A DNA stretch of 64,000 bases from Octopus sinensis (taxonomy: Eukaryota): contig NC_043002.1 of assembly GCF_006345805.1 (NCBI RefSeq), positions 29,512,001 through 29,576,000 on the forward strand, given 5' to 3'. The position numbers were made by a program, and so were the translations under genes. Below the pieces are notes generated by a model. That model was not told the DNA's origin, searched no databases, and saw only the letters and a program-made list of their open reading frames with translations. Shown in pieces: positions 1-14,779 of this stretch. The stretch's first letter is position 1; each line of letters begins with the position of its first letter.

Positions 1-1923
1 CCAATTTCTCAACGTCAAAGATATTTAGAATTTTTGCTATTCGTATTAACTCTTCAGTTTTTCGCAATATTTTCTAGCATATGTCTACAATTGTGGTTTT
101 CGTCACATAAAAGGGAAACGAACAGAAGTAATGATAAAGCAAATGCCTTGTTACTGCTCATAGGCCAAATCTGGTTAACAAGCATCAGTTCTGATTGAAC
201 TTTTTGCTTTTTAGTGCAGTAGGTCTACGAGCGGTTGTATATGATAAGGAAACGTGGAAAATTTCGGATAACGTACCCAAGATGCTAGACACATTCCAAC
301 AATGATGTCTAGTGAAGATAGAATTACAGGCGAGGAAATCCTACTCAAAACAATATGACGCTACGTTGAGTTTGCTTGTCAAGTTACATTTTATCCCTGA
401 CAATGCTACGGTATGCAACGACTTCAATAACCCAGCTACTCGAAGAAAGAAAATGAGTTGAAGATCACTTGATACTGGACATTTTAGAAAGTCATCCGAT
501 TCAAGAGGTCCAATTGGACAGAAGTGGTTAGATGTATTTTAATTGTTTGAGATCACGGAGGCATACATAAAAAGCCGTAAATCCCAACTGAAATATAATG
601 CTTTTCTTTTTTATTTTGCCTCTTTTCTGCAAGGGAGGCAACTGTACTTGACTTGATTACAAGATCCGTCGTTTCGTCTAAAATTTTGTGGGGGATTCTT
701 GATACTCTTTGTTCTGCGTTATGTCCGCAAAACGTAGTTTTAATGAAACAAAGGCGTGCTGTTTCAGATAAACACAATCAACACTAGTTGAAATCTTTAT
801 ATTCAGATGTAGTTTCAGTTAGAGACACAATGCTCAGAGCTTGTATTGTGTTGCATGCTGTTAAGCATAATGAGAAGACTTTTTTTTGAAACACTGTTCA
901 AAATGTAACTCGGGTGAGTTAAAGCCTCAAGTTTTTAACAGTAGCTACTGTAATGACTGTACGCTTTTATCTTTGCGACAATATCTAGTCATAAGATCTC
1001 TTCCTCCTTTGTCTTTCAAATAGGATATTAATCTTTATTCTGAATTTTAACGAATAGGTGTGGCGTGTATGTATGGCTTTGAATGTATTCTCTGTTAACC
1101 CGATACACGTTTTTACTGTATCATTTATTTTCGATTCAAAATATATCCTCTATAAGTTTTCTTTTGACTGGTATTTTCCATTCAATGGACACTAAGATGT
1201 GTCGATATAACTGAATTGGTGTCGGGTTACTTGTACGCTCAGATTTTTAGCCAAAATTCGCACGTTACACAACCGAAATGGAAAGCAATTTCGAAGTGAG
1301 TTTAGATGCCATTCGAATGCGAAATGCCAGTTAAAGAAAGAGTACCCATAGGAGTTATATACTGCTAGTTATACTGATCCGTTAAAGCACCTTATTATGA
1401 ACATTGTTGTAACATTTAGCACCTGATGTAGTAATATACATAACATCATTTACAAAGAATATTACTAATATATGAGTGGGCATATGTTTGTTTTCTTTTT
1501 TGGTCGTGTGTGTGTGTACGCGCGGGCGCGTTTGTGTTTGTCTGTTCAATGAACAAATCTTATGTTTTAAGTATTGCCTCTCTTATGTGTATCAATAATA
1601 GTACACACTCAGCAGGACCGATTATGATCTGCAATGTTTATTTGCCTTGAGATATATCATAATAACAATGACATTAACAGTATGGAGAGAAGATAAGTGC
1701 CAGATCGACGTCATAGCAATGACAACTACGACAAATAGAACTACAACAACGACGACAACAACAACAACAGCAAAATCAACAACAACAATAATGAGAAAAT
1801 ATAGTAAAACAACTAGAAGAGAATCTTTGAAATTCCATAAAAGAGAATCGTAATTTCATACAGAAATCTCAGATCCTCATTTCTGCTCTTCTCTTCTGTC
1901 TCTACCTCTCTTTCCCTAATACG

Positions 1924-1957
<34 letters not shown>

Positions 1958-2258
1958 CATTCCCTCTCTTTACATGTATCTACGTCGTTCACTCCTGCTT
2001 GTTCTTAACCGTCGTCAGCCCCCACCTTTAACTGCCCTGGGGTGTTGGGGACGATCAGTTCAGTCAACTGTAAGGCTCTATAATTAGAACAATGCCAATT
2101 ACACACTGTGCTGTCGTTTAAGTGGCGGGCAAGGATTTGTGATGTGGAGATACACAGAGATGGGGAGGTATGACGCACATATACGTACATAACAGATATA
2201 TACATAGAACTATTTCTATATGCATATGAATATGCACATATATATGCATACACACAGA

Positions 2259-2291
<33 letters not shown>

Positions 2292-2563
2292 ATATATATA
2301 TATATAATATAAAATATTATTTGAGACAAAACCACTATTTTGCAAAACAAACAAGGAAGACTTAATCATACATAAAATTTAATAAATAGTCAAAAAAACC
2401 GCCACTACAATCGTTTCTTGTCTTGATCGACAATCTTCAGTGGACTTCCAATCTAAAAATCAAAATTTTAAAATATAAAAATAATACTTTTAAATAATTA
2501 AAGTATAAATGAAAAAATATAAGTATATAATCCATATATAACCTATATATAATCCATATCGAA

Positions 2564-3600
2564 AATATAGACTAATTACCACGAATTCCCTAAAAAAACC
2601 ATGATAAAACAAAACTCTAAAAAACATATAACGATAAAATCTCCCTTTGCTAAACTCTATAACAAACCTATAAAGTAAACCCCCTAACCTAAACATTCAC
2701 ACACAAATACACACACGTAAACCACAGACTCACGACTTATACACATACCTATACTAACTTATAAACCTCAATATACACCAAAACCCACTCCCTCCCACAC
2801 AGACAATTAACACATACATCCAAAACCTAAATAACAAACCCTATACACATTCACACACAAAACACACACTCACACGCAAAACACTCACACACAAAAGATA
2901 CATATACTCCCTCACATATACGCCTATACATACTCACTAAACTCGACATATACAACAATACTTACACACCCACAAAAAACATTATATACATTATGAGCTT
3001 TAACTCACCTTAGCATCTCTAACAAACAACTTGCAGTAACCCAATCCCATTCTCTATGCCTACCTCACTACTACACTATTCCATTCACATTCCAAGCAAC
3101 GCTAGTCCACCACCCGGTTATTCACGTGGCAAAACGAACACCACTCAAAAATTATGAATGAAACAATGTAAAAAAATAACCAACACCTAAAATAGACAAA
3201 AATACCACGAATTACCTAAAAAAACCATGATAAACCAAAACTCATAAAAACATATAACGATAAAATCTCCCTTTGCTAAACCCTATAACAAACTTATATA
3301 GCAATCCCCTAACCTAAACATTCACACCAAAAAACCCACACGTAAACCACAGACCCAAGACTATACACAAACCTATACTAACTTATAAACCTCAATATAC
3401 ACCAAAAACCACTCCTCCACACACAGACAAATTAACACATACATCCCAAATCCTAAATAACAAACCAAAATACACATTCACACACAAAACACACCACACA
3501 CGCAAAACACACACACACAACAGATACATATGCTCCCTCACATATACGCATATACATACTCACTAAAACTCGATATATACAACAATATTTACACCCACAC
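2564..3600. repeat. Imperfect direct duplication (~2564-2973 and ~3191-3600) in a strongly G-depleted block
   Basis: Both copies share long matching runs, e.g. ACCATGATAAA..AAAACTC..AAAAACATATAACGATAAAATCTCCCTTTGCTAAAC and ACCTATACTAACTTATAAACCTCAATATACACCAAAA. Sampled 60-nt lines contain only 1-3 G. Confidence 0.85.
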
Positions 3601-4589
3601 TCATACAGATAAATAAATTAATTATACAATTAAAAACTAACAACCAATCTCATATACATAAACACTCTTATGAAAACAACAATAAATACATCGTAATTAA
3701 CCAGAATATCAAAAATAACATTATGACATAAGGATAAATCAAATACATACTTACAATTCAATTACAAATTATGAAGTGAAATTAGATTCTTAGCCGTTAA
3801 AAAACCAAACAAAATTACGTTACCATGGAAATAACTAATGTAAAAAAGAATACGCGCCATAGAAAGTAAACGTCTTCATAGTATGAATGGAGAAATATAA
3901 TAAATGGAACTAAAAAACTATTTCCACGTAGCAAACCAACGCTACTTAAAAAAAATTATTATGAATGGATTTTAAAAACTATCATGAAAAATCATTATAA
4001 CATATATATATATAATATATATATATATATTATGTGTGTTTGCGTGTATGAATAAAAATGTGTGAGGGTGCTGATAAGTATGTATATGTATACCTATAAG
4101 TGAATATAGCTATATACATATGTATGAGTGTATATATGTATGATGTGTACGTAAAAATATATGAGTGTGTTTGTGTGTGTGAGTGTGTGTGTTTGTGCAC
4201 ACATTTAACTCATATGCTTCTCAGCCGTTTGTAACGAAGTGTGACGTCATACACACATAAGCGCGTACTCACACACACGCGCGCGCACACACACGCACAC
4301 GCATGCGCATGCGCGTGCACGTGCACGTGGTTTACGAAGGACAGACACAAGAGGATAAAAACTGGAATCGTTGCGTTTCTCTGAGTTTTCAGCTCAAACC
4401 GCACCAATTGTGCCTTTCGCCCATTCTTGGTCGACACGTGAGGTATAATTCTAGTACCGGTGCCTATTCTTCACATTTTCCTCTTTCTCGTCGTCTTCCT
4501 CTCTAGAAGAAATCAACAATAAGCAGACATGGGGAGGGATAATTTTCGTCGAGTTGACCACCACCCCCTCAAAAGAAAATTAGCAACAA

Positions 4590-4833
4590 CAACAATAAAG
4601 CCTATAATAATTGCTGCATTGGGAACTGTAAGCAAAGATATAGACAAATGGTTGGGGATTGGAATAGAATGTCCTGTAGACCTCCTACAGAAAGTTTGTC
4701 TCTTAGGGGCAGGAAGGATTATTAGAAGGGTTCAAAGTACTTGAAAGACTATTGAAAGCTTGTGGAACCGTAGTTACTGGTAGTGACTTGCTGCCACATA
4801 AATCCAGGAATAATACCGAACCTGAGTCAAATC
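4590..4833 (+). mobile_element. 3' end of an RLE-type non-LTR retrotransposon (R4/Dong-like), 5'-truncated, with (AAT)n tail
   Basis: Translation TTIKPIIIAALGTVSKDIDKWLGIGIECPVDLLQKVCLLGAGRIIRRV* fits the C-terminal PVVIGALG...LQK..LLG..RILR motif. A short 3' UTR follows, then (AAT)n to ~4943. Confidence 0.75.
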
Positions 4834-4871
<38 letters not shown>

Positions 4872-4879
4872 TAATAAAA

Positions 4880-4939
<60 letters not shown>

Positions 4940-5375
4940 TTAATAAGCTTAGTTTTGTTTGTTCTTGACCGTACCTGTGGTGTGTGTCACACTTACTTCA
5001 AAGAAGTCAGTGGCAAAGCGAGAGATAGGAGGACAGAGACGAAATAAGAAAGAGAGCAAGTAAGAGAGAAAGAAAGAGAGTGAGTGAATGAATGAGACAA
5101 TGAGTGGTGACGATGTTCGTCTTGTGTTTTTAAATGTTTCAGAGAGGAAATTCAACTCTATACTTTAAAGAGTGTCTTCTACTATAGCCTCGGGCAGACC
5201 AAAGCCGCGTAAGTGCGGGAAAATTTTAAACAGTCACAAATCTTGATACGTATTCATCTTCAGCAGCATATATACTCATGTACTGAGTTCTATCTCTTAT
5301 AGTTGTTCTACCAAACATGTATATCTACATACATACATACATACTTACATATAAACATACATGTATACTTAAACA

Positions 5376-5466
<91 letters not shown>

Positions 5467-5735
5467 TAGATAGATTCATATACATATATACGCATATAAA
5501 ATTAGGCTACATTTAAACACAAAATAGGTGACAGTTAACAGGTCGCCTTACATGCTAGAAGAACAGCCCAAATTCCAAACCACTGTTAAGAGCAATTTGG
5601 AAGGGAATAAAAAATTAAAACATTTACCATGTTTTTGCCGGACCTAGGTTTCGAACTTTAATTACTAAAATAATTTGCTAGGCGAATTTAGAGACAAAAT
5701 AACACGTGTCTCATCATGTGTGTATATATAGATAC

Positions 5736-5807
<72 letters not shown>

Positions 5808-8800
5808 TATACTATATATATATATATATATACATATATTTGTGTGTGTGTGTATGTGTATGTGTGTGCGGGTATTATGCGTTTGATTGTATGTAAGTAG
5901 TTGTTAGTCGTAAACAGACAGATAAATCATTAGTTATTTGCAAAATAGGGTATCATACACTGTGATAAAACAGAGGTCTTTAATATTCAGCTGGCTGTTG
6001 CATTATTGCAATCTGCTCTGCTCTAGAACTTCTACTCTAAGGTATTTGATTTGAAGAAAATTTTACTGCTAAGCAGGTTTAAGATGTGAATGCAGTCTTC
6101 TGACTGGCTCGTATTTCAGCTGGGTTAAGAAATAACAGAAAGAAAAGCATTCCAAACTCAATTTCCCCTGTTTTCATTATATTCGTGGCCAAGTGATTTA
6201 AGTATCACAGATGGTGATATTATGTAAGTACTACAAGCTATGAAATATGAGACAAGAAACTGCAATTTAGTCGTGACATAATGTTTTTTCTTCGTCACTT
6301 TTAGTTTTTCTGTTCCATTCATAAAGACGAACCAAATTGTAAGGCTTAATTTGTTACAAAAATATGAGTCTTTGCAAAAATTTCTGTTGCAGCTGTAAAT
6401 AAACTAAAATGTCAAGAAAGTGAAACCAATTCTGAAATTCTTGAAGATGTATTCAAAATAATTTATCGAAGATTGTTTCATATTAGACATTATTTCATTC
6501 ATTTTTATTCTTTAGCCGTACATCAAACCAATGATCAAAATAAACCTACGATGAAAGATTTTCTAACTAGGATCATCGTAGCATTTTAGGAATATATAAT
6601 AATCATTTATTCAATGCATCCTTATCATGTAGCGATGAAGCAGAGTTTCCATCACCCATTTACAACAGAAATATCAGTGATGAATGGGATTTAATAATTA
6701 TCATATTAACCAAAAATCATCTATATAAAAAAAATATCGACTTCAAATAATGAAAGTTTGCAATCAAGCTCATTAAATTTGAATTTAGACAGAGACAAAT
6801 TTATAGTTCTAAAACTGCTTATTTTCCGTTAATTAAACTCCGGTTGATTTTAAGATATAATTTATTGATATTTTTAATTCGAATATTTGTTATAATTTGC
6901 GCAGCCAGATAACGTAGACATCAGCTGAATACGATCAAGAAGCGAAGGCTGAATGGATTGGTTTAGGCTACGTTTGGGTGTGGAAAGATCTTTTTGGTTA
7001 TGATCTAATACAATTAGCTCGTAGGGTAGCGTTTATTTTAAGCTCACATTCATACAGACATACTCACACTAAAAGATAAACATATATAAATACACACACA
7101 CAACACACACACACATATATGTCGTCTTTTGCAAACTGGAGAAAAATCCAGTACAACTAATAGCATTTATTGTAAGTACACATACACACACACATGCACA
7201 CTCAAACGTAAACATATCTGAATACACACTCGAATACACACACACACACAAACACACACAAGCACACGCCCCCCCCCCACAACACACACACAAACATGTT
7301 GTCTTTTGCAAACTGGAGCAAAGTATTAAATTTGGGTCTCTTTGAGCCGACAGTTACCCAAGGTTTTCCTCAACTTGTGGAGAAGAAATAGGGGTTTCCT
7401 TCTGAGATATCAACCACAGGACAAAAAAGCACCAGAGTAGCAAGGCTAGTGAGTTAGCCATACGAGAGAGAGAGAGATAGAGAGAGAGAGGGGGAGAGAG
7501 GGAGTGAGAGAGCGTAAATGGGAGAGGGAGTGATATGTATGAATTAAGTACTTTTGAGCGTTTGTCTCAAGAAATAGTCATAAAGTACACACACACTCAC
7601 ACACACATTCATACACACACACACATACATATAGAAAAATAGATGCACAGACATACATAAAGACACACAGACACACAGACACACAGACAGAGAGATAGTT
7701 AGATAGATAGGTAAACGGACTGATAGAAGGATAGATATATGGATGGAGAGACAGACAAACAGACATCCAGCCAGATAGATAGATAGATGCATCAACGATA
7801 TATATTCAATTTTGTTACAATCATAGTGAAAACTAGCGCCCTAGAACAAGAATTTGCGTCGTTTTATGCTTTATCATTTGTAGTATATGTATGTTTGTCT
7901 TATTTTGATATCGAAGAAGGAACTGTACCCATTGCATTCGGAGATTCTCTTGGAAAACTGTTGCTATTTCTATTCCTCTTGGACGGTTGCAAGCTTACGG
8001 CTGCAGAAATAAAATCAAATAAAATCACGCTCAGTGAAGGAATTTTCGAAACCGGATATATTTGGATGGAGTGCGATGTGCATGGTGGTTAGGGCGCTGT
8101 TTAGTAGATGATATATTAGAAGAGAAGAGAAAGTAATCAGGGAAGGTCATCTGGAGTGTCAGCGTCCTGGAACAGAAGGATTAGAGTAAATGTATATTAT
8201 GGTTTGTTCAATAAAGCACAAAAAATCTACCAAGTTAAATTAGTTATTATTGATTAAGATAAATGGGAGCATAAATTAGTTAAGTGGTTATAAGTATATC
8301 AACGCATTTAATTTACATCTGTAAAATATTTTAGAAAAGTATGAATGTCACACAATCATTTCAACTATCAATTTTAGAAGTTGTATCTAAATAAGTTATC
8401 AAAATTTCCATCCTCGTAGATTCGACTCGATAAAGTTTTATTACTCCGAGCTACAAGAGGCTGGACAGACGCTTACACGGCAGCAACCATCTACTCACAC
8501 ACGCATAACTATACACAGATACCAATATACATACCAACAAACACACACATGCGTACATATATACATACATACATACATGTCTTCGGCGACAAAGTTTGGA
8601 ACAGTGACACAAGTGCAATCTGAAACGACAAACAATAAAAAAAGTATAGAAAGAAAAATAATAAAAATAAAAGATAAAAATAACCGAATACCAAACACTA
8701 TAAGGAAGGACATAAAAGTAAATGAGGAAGAAAGTAAATTAATGTTAGGTTGAAAGGCAGGTAGGCTTCGTTAATTCTATATCACATACATAGTAAGTTA

Positions 8801-9199
8801 CGGCAATGAAAAATTTATCGTCTGCTCGCCTGATTAACAAGCACTAAAATCTGGACAGGGAAGCAGTGAAACGAAATCTCTTCAAGCCGAAACGAATACC
8901 TAATAGTAGCTTTTAAAAAACAACCTATCTACATAAATAGGCGTAAATGGGCGTACATAGGCGTACTAAATACTAAGCACGGGATTTTTGTGCTTTCATA
9001 TCACATACTCATCTTCATTCCGAGCTCCTTTCAACCCAGTACTCTGTTATATACGTATTTGTTTGTGTGTGTACATATATCTATATCTATATATATATAT
9101 ATATATATATATGCATGTATATGTATATATGCATCTAAATGCATATAAGTATATCTATATATATGTATACATACATATATATATATATATGTAGATATG

Positions 9200-9233
<34 letters not shown>

Positions 9234-9290
9234 ATGCTTGTATATATATATATGCTTGTATATATATGTATACACACACGCACGCACACG

Positions 9291-9323
<33 letters not shown>

Positions 9324-9757
9324 GCATGTACGATGGAGAAGGAAAGTTTAAATTCCGGATAGACAAGAGAAGAACGATAGAAAGATATTGCAACAAATAC
9401 ATTTTCTTGTTGGTCCTGCTATTGTAATGCAGGAATAACGATAAATAAATAAATAAATAAATAATACCTGCAACAACAACTACAAAGACATCAACAATAA
9501 CAACAACAGTAACAACCACAACAATAACAACAGCAATAGTAATGATTTTTACCAAAACCCGAGACAACAAAGAAGACGAAAATGTTGAAAGTGAAGACAT
9601 TAGTAGTAGTAGTATTAATAATAATAATAATATAATAATAATAATAATAATAATAACAACAACAACAACAACAATAATGGTTATAATAATAATAATAATA
9701 AATAATAATAATAATAATAACAAATAATGATGATGATAATAATAACAAATAATGATG

Positions 9758-9794
<37 letters not shown>

Positions 9795-11153
9795 TAATAA
9801 TAATAATAATGATAATAATGATGAAGATGATGGTGATGATGATGATGATGATGATGAAAACAGCGAGAAAACCGAGTCGATCCGAAAAACATATCCGGTG
9901 ATTATTCCACAAATGGACTAGCAAATTAGAACTATGAATAAAATATATGGTCGTTAGTCTTTGTGTTGTCATCAAAACGCTCAGCGTCCTCATCATCTTC
10001 ATCATTATAAGCAGCTGGGGTTTTTTTTTTCATGTTGTTTGCTCGTTTGTTGTCTTGTGTTTGTTGTTGTAATAGTAGAAACACCTTGAAATGAAGGGAG
10101 TGGGGGTGGGGATGCTTAAAGAGAATAAGACTTGTTGTCACTATGTTTTCTAAAGATGATGATCAAAGAATTTCGAGAAAGAAAATATAAATAAAAATAA
10201 TAATAATAGCACACCCTTCACCCACAGTAGAAAATAAATGAAAAAAAGAAAGAAAATGAAAGAAAAAGAAGTAAAGAAAGATACCCGATACAAGTAAAAA
10301 TATACAAATAAAAAAAAGGTAACAGAAAATGTATGAGAAAGGCAGAGGAGGTGAAGAAGATTAAGCGAGATGTAGATGAAACGAAAGTAAAGAAAGAGAG
10401 AATAGAAGAGAAAGAAAGAGTGATAGAGAGAGGGGAACGGGGAGAGAGAGAGAGAGAGAGAGAGGAAGTGTGTGTGTGTGTGTTTGAGAGAGAGAAATAG
10501 AGAGCGAAAGAGAAGCTGGGATAGAATTCGAGAGAGAATAAGAGAGAGAGATAATAGGAGATAGAGAAAGATAGAGAAACAATGCGAAATCATTAAAAGA
10601 ATGGAAAGAAGCATAAAAGAAAAAACTGAAGAAGAAGAAAAAATATATATATATAATACTATAAATGAGAACGTAAAAGAAAAAAAAAAAAGATTAAGCA
10701 GAAATACGAAAGTGAAAGTAGCAACCAATACAAAGAAAGAAACAAGGAAACAAGAAAAGATGTAACGAACAAAAATACCAGCAACAACAGTAACAGCAAC
10801 AGCAATAAGATTTTCGACGGAATGTACGTATTCTTCTTGCATGCTCGTATGTATGTATGTATATACATACACTCATTCACACACCTATATATATGTGTGT
10901 GCATGTGATATTGGGAAGATGTCGAGGCGGGTGTAGGGTGGGGTGGCACGAAAGAACATTAAAATGATTTTTCGATGAATTACAGGCAAGGTGCTTGTGA
11001 ATGTCTTAGAAATAGGTTGTCAGTCATTTAATTTCCACGTAACTTGTATACACATAGGCTCTGAATAGAATTGTAAGTATGTGTGTGTGTGTGTGCATGT
11101 GTGTGTGTAATACCGAGTATATATGTATGTTTGAATGTATATGTGTATACACA

Positions 11154-11189
<36 letters not shown>

Positions 11190-11262
11190 CAGACACACAC
11201 ACACACACACACATATATACATATGGATTGATGAATGTATGCACGCATGTATGTAGGTATGA

Positions 11263-11317
<55 letters not shown>

Positions 11318-11937
11318 CATATGTATATATATGTCACATACGTATGAAGGTACGCCTGCTAGGCATATAAATATTGGCATGTGTGTATTTATGTATGTAC
11401 ATATGTATATTCCTATACACGCACACAGACATATATATGTGCGTATATATATATTTATATAGGTATATATGTATTTATGTATATCTATATATATGTATGT
11501 GTGCGTGTTTTTATATCTATATACATGTGTGAAATTTATTTATCTATGTTACATTATAAATGCGTATCCACATGTAGCTCACATATTGGGACATACGCAA
11601 ACACACGCGCACACGCTTTGCTACATACGCACACCGCACATTAAAAAAAAAATTCGGCATATCTAATTCTCACTTCCCTTATTTATTTTAAAGAAAAGAC
11701 AGAAAGAATCGTATGCAGGAAACGTCAGCACCAGCACCACCCTCCCAACATCATCGTCATCATCTGCATAGTCATTATCGAGACCATCTTCCTCTTTTTT
11801 TTTTTTTTCCATTAACATCATCGGCAGCTATTTAATTATTATCACCAGCATCACCACTCTCATCACATCACTAGCACCAATCGACCAGTTTTGACATTAT
11901 CAATGTCATCATCTGTTGCACATGATAATAGGGTTGG

Positions 11938-11950
11938 TGACGACGATGAA

Positions 11951-11989
<39 letters not shown>

Positions 11990-12500
11990 GGTGATGGTGA
12001 AGATGATAATGATGATGATGACGACGATGATGATGGTGATGATGATGAAGATGATGATGATGAAGATGATGATGATGATGATGATGATGACGATGACAAC
12101 GACGATGATGATGATGATGATGATGATGATGGTGACGATGATGACGACGATGACGACGATGACGACGACGATGATGATGACGGTGATGATGGTGATGATG
12201 ATGATGGTGAAGATGATAATGATGATGATGACGACGATGATAATGGTGATGATGATGAAGATGATGATGATGAAGATGATGATGATAATGATGATGATGA
12301 TGACGATGATGACTACGATGACGACGACGATGATGATGGTGATGATGATGATGATGGTGACGATGATGACGACGATGACGACGACGATGATGATGACGGT
12401 GATGATGATGATGATGATGATGACGGTGATGATGATGGTGATGATGACGATGATGATGACGATGATGATGATGTGTGATGATGATGATGACGACAACTAC
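11938..12500. repeat. Long (GAT/GAC/GGT)n trinucleotide array with an internal ~207-bp higher-order duplication
   Basis: Direct reading. The block GGTGAAGATGATAATGATGATGATGACGACGATGAT recurs at ~11996 and ~12205. It is the source of the poly-D/H/I/M ORFs. Confidence 0.9.
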
Positions 12501-13374
12501 GACAAATATGATGCTGGCGAAGAATGTCGTCATCACAGTTGTCGTTGTCCTCGTCATAACTGTGAACCCCAAAACAGGTGTTTGTATTTTGTCTTCCTAA
12601 GCCGCGTATTTACACATGATAACATCAATATACATTGTTGTTTGTAGTAAGTGTAAATGCATACGTGCAGCTAATTAACTATCTTAGTCTCAAACCAAAC
12701 CTTCAATATACAGGTACGTATGCGTACATACATTCGCATGTGAGCGTACGTATGTACTTGTGTGTGTGTCTGCGTTTATGTGAGTGTGTCCCCGTGTACA
12801 CACACAAGCACACACACATATACAAACGCACACAGACACACACATATACAAACTCACACAGACACACATATATATCATGTATGTAAATACATAGTGACAA
12901 AAATACATGAACAGATATATCCTACTTGGAGATAAAACTCTACATATTTGTTTACAATAAACATTCGCGGTACAAATCTGCGAATTGTTTATTTATACAA
13001 TGCATGACAAGTATAGTGAAACTGCACCATGACCACTTACACACTGGTGAACAAATCTAAACTATAATTGTAGTAACAACAGCAGTAATAATAATAGTAA
13101 TAATAATAATAATAATTATTATTATTATATATCTAACCGTATTGTGTGGATCTAAAACTGCGTATATAGGACTAAACGCGCAGGAACAAACACACACATG
13201 CACACACAGACAATTGTTTCACAAGTGACAGGCTAAAACGCATTTATCCACATAATTGTAACCATTCTTTCGTTCTTCTTTGACCGCTTGAGTGTATCAT
13301 TTGGCACAAGACTAAAGATAAGATAGAGTGTATATATATATATATATATATATAGTTGAAATTTAAAGAAAATC

Positions 13375-13530
13375 AAAAGTCCTGCCTTCGTCTAGGTGTA
13401 TTAAACAAATAGGTGTATTAGTTTGACGCTCGGGAAAGAGAAATGTGTGTTACGTTTCGAGGCTACGCTCTTCAGTAAAGAAGAATAAGAGAAAATAAAA
13501 AGAGAGAGGATAAAAAATAAAAAAGCTCGT
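13375..13530 (-). mobile_element. Penelope-like terminal (pLTR) fragment with degenerate hammerhead-like core
   Basis: Minus strand reads CTGAAGAGCGTAGCCTCGAAACGTAA...CCCGAGCGTCAAACTAATACA. It is homologous to the plus-strand copy at ~16186-16310. Confidence 0.45.
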
Positions 13531-14779
13531 GGATTTAGTGATCAAGCATGGCGACTGGTCGGAAATAAAAGATAAGTTTGACAGGAGAGGTACAAAGAAG
13601 GGGAGATAATAAAGTATTGGTGATTCCAAAACGAAGGTGCGTGCGCGCATGTATGTATGTGAGAGTGTGGAGGGGGATAAGAAGTGTGTGCATCTCTAAT
13701 ATGCGGGTGTGGGGATAATGGTGTGTGGGTGTGCAGATGTTGGTGTTGTAAACTGCGGCTCCCTGACACAAACACAACTCCAACAACCAAGTCAGCAGCT
13801 GGGAAACCGCAGACCAGCCCAGTAAGCCAACTTGCTTTGAATGACAGAAGTAGTTGTTCCCAACCAGATTCTTTGTGTAACGTAGCTTCTCGTCGTCCGA
13901 CTTCACTTCGGCTGGTCACATCGCATATTTACACCGACTGGTTTCGCTGCCAACTTCACAGTGAATATATTTTTACTCTTTGTTTACGTTGTCATCTTCA
14001 CACACCACGTTCTTTACGTCATCAACTGATACTGTGCGCACCCTTACCAGTTCAAATCGTTCACCTCACGGCAAAGACGCACAAAGCAAAGAAAAACGTG
14101 CAACATGCTTCAAATTGGTCACGTAATCTATAATGTTATTTCTCCTTCGTAACACTCCCTCCCTCCCTCACCAAACCTTTGCGAACCCGATAAAAGTATA
14201 CAGCATTTATAACTTAAGTCCTTACAGTGGCTGTCTTACTCTCACGTTCCTTCCCCTTGGTCTATAATATCTTCGTCAACACATGTATCCAGGGGGTCCC
14301 AGGTGAAATAGCCAGGCCCTTAGCACTTCCCCAGGCAGTTTACAAGCTCAGTCTTGGAACGAAACCTCTTGTCTCCTCAAATCCGGTCTTCACGTCGGAC
14401 AGCCGATTTAGGAATGCTCTATTATCCAGGAGCATTCCTGACCTCTACAATATGACTGCAACTAGTATCCTTTTATTTTCTAATATAATTCTCCAGTTTT
14501 GCTAGATAGCAACAACTGAACATTGCTGTTTTAGGCTAACCATGACCACAAAAATCCCATATGAAATTTCAGCACAATGGCTAGAATATATCTAACATAG
14601 ATAACATGCCAATATGGTAACGAGTGTTCACCTGACTGCAAACACTAATGTTTTAGGAGTGTCCCTCTTCCAAATTTGGCAATCCAATGCCCCTACTTCT
14701 AGTAAGTGACTATTATACTATCCTCTTACTTCCACTTATTTGTAAACTGTCTTCCTCTGTACTCTATTCTACTTGCATA

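Noticed and set aside
1-800. Open frames at 1-198 (+) and 553-777 (-)
   Set aside because: No recognisable motif or splice support; the lengths are compatible with chance.
6925-6975. RTE-like peptide LNTIKKRRL(K)WIG
   Set aside because: About 13 codons needing a frameshift; insufficient alone.
7970-8000. Minus-strand acceptor TTTTATTTCTGCAG followed by RKLATVQEE*
   Set aside because: Too short, unrecognised, and no upstream exons could be linked.
9031-12647. Long ORFs (324, 240, 233, 243 and 195 aa) and similar poly-I/Y/H/D/T ORFs throughout the window
   Set aside because: They are translations of (AAT)n, (TA)n, (CA)n and (GAT)n microsatellites, open in several frames at once and without domain content.
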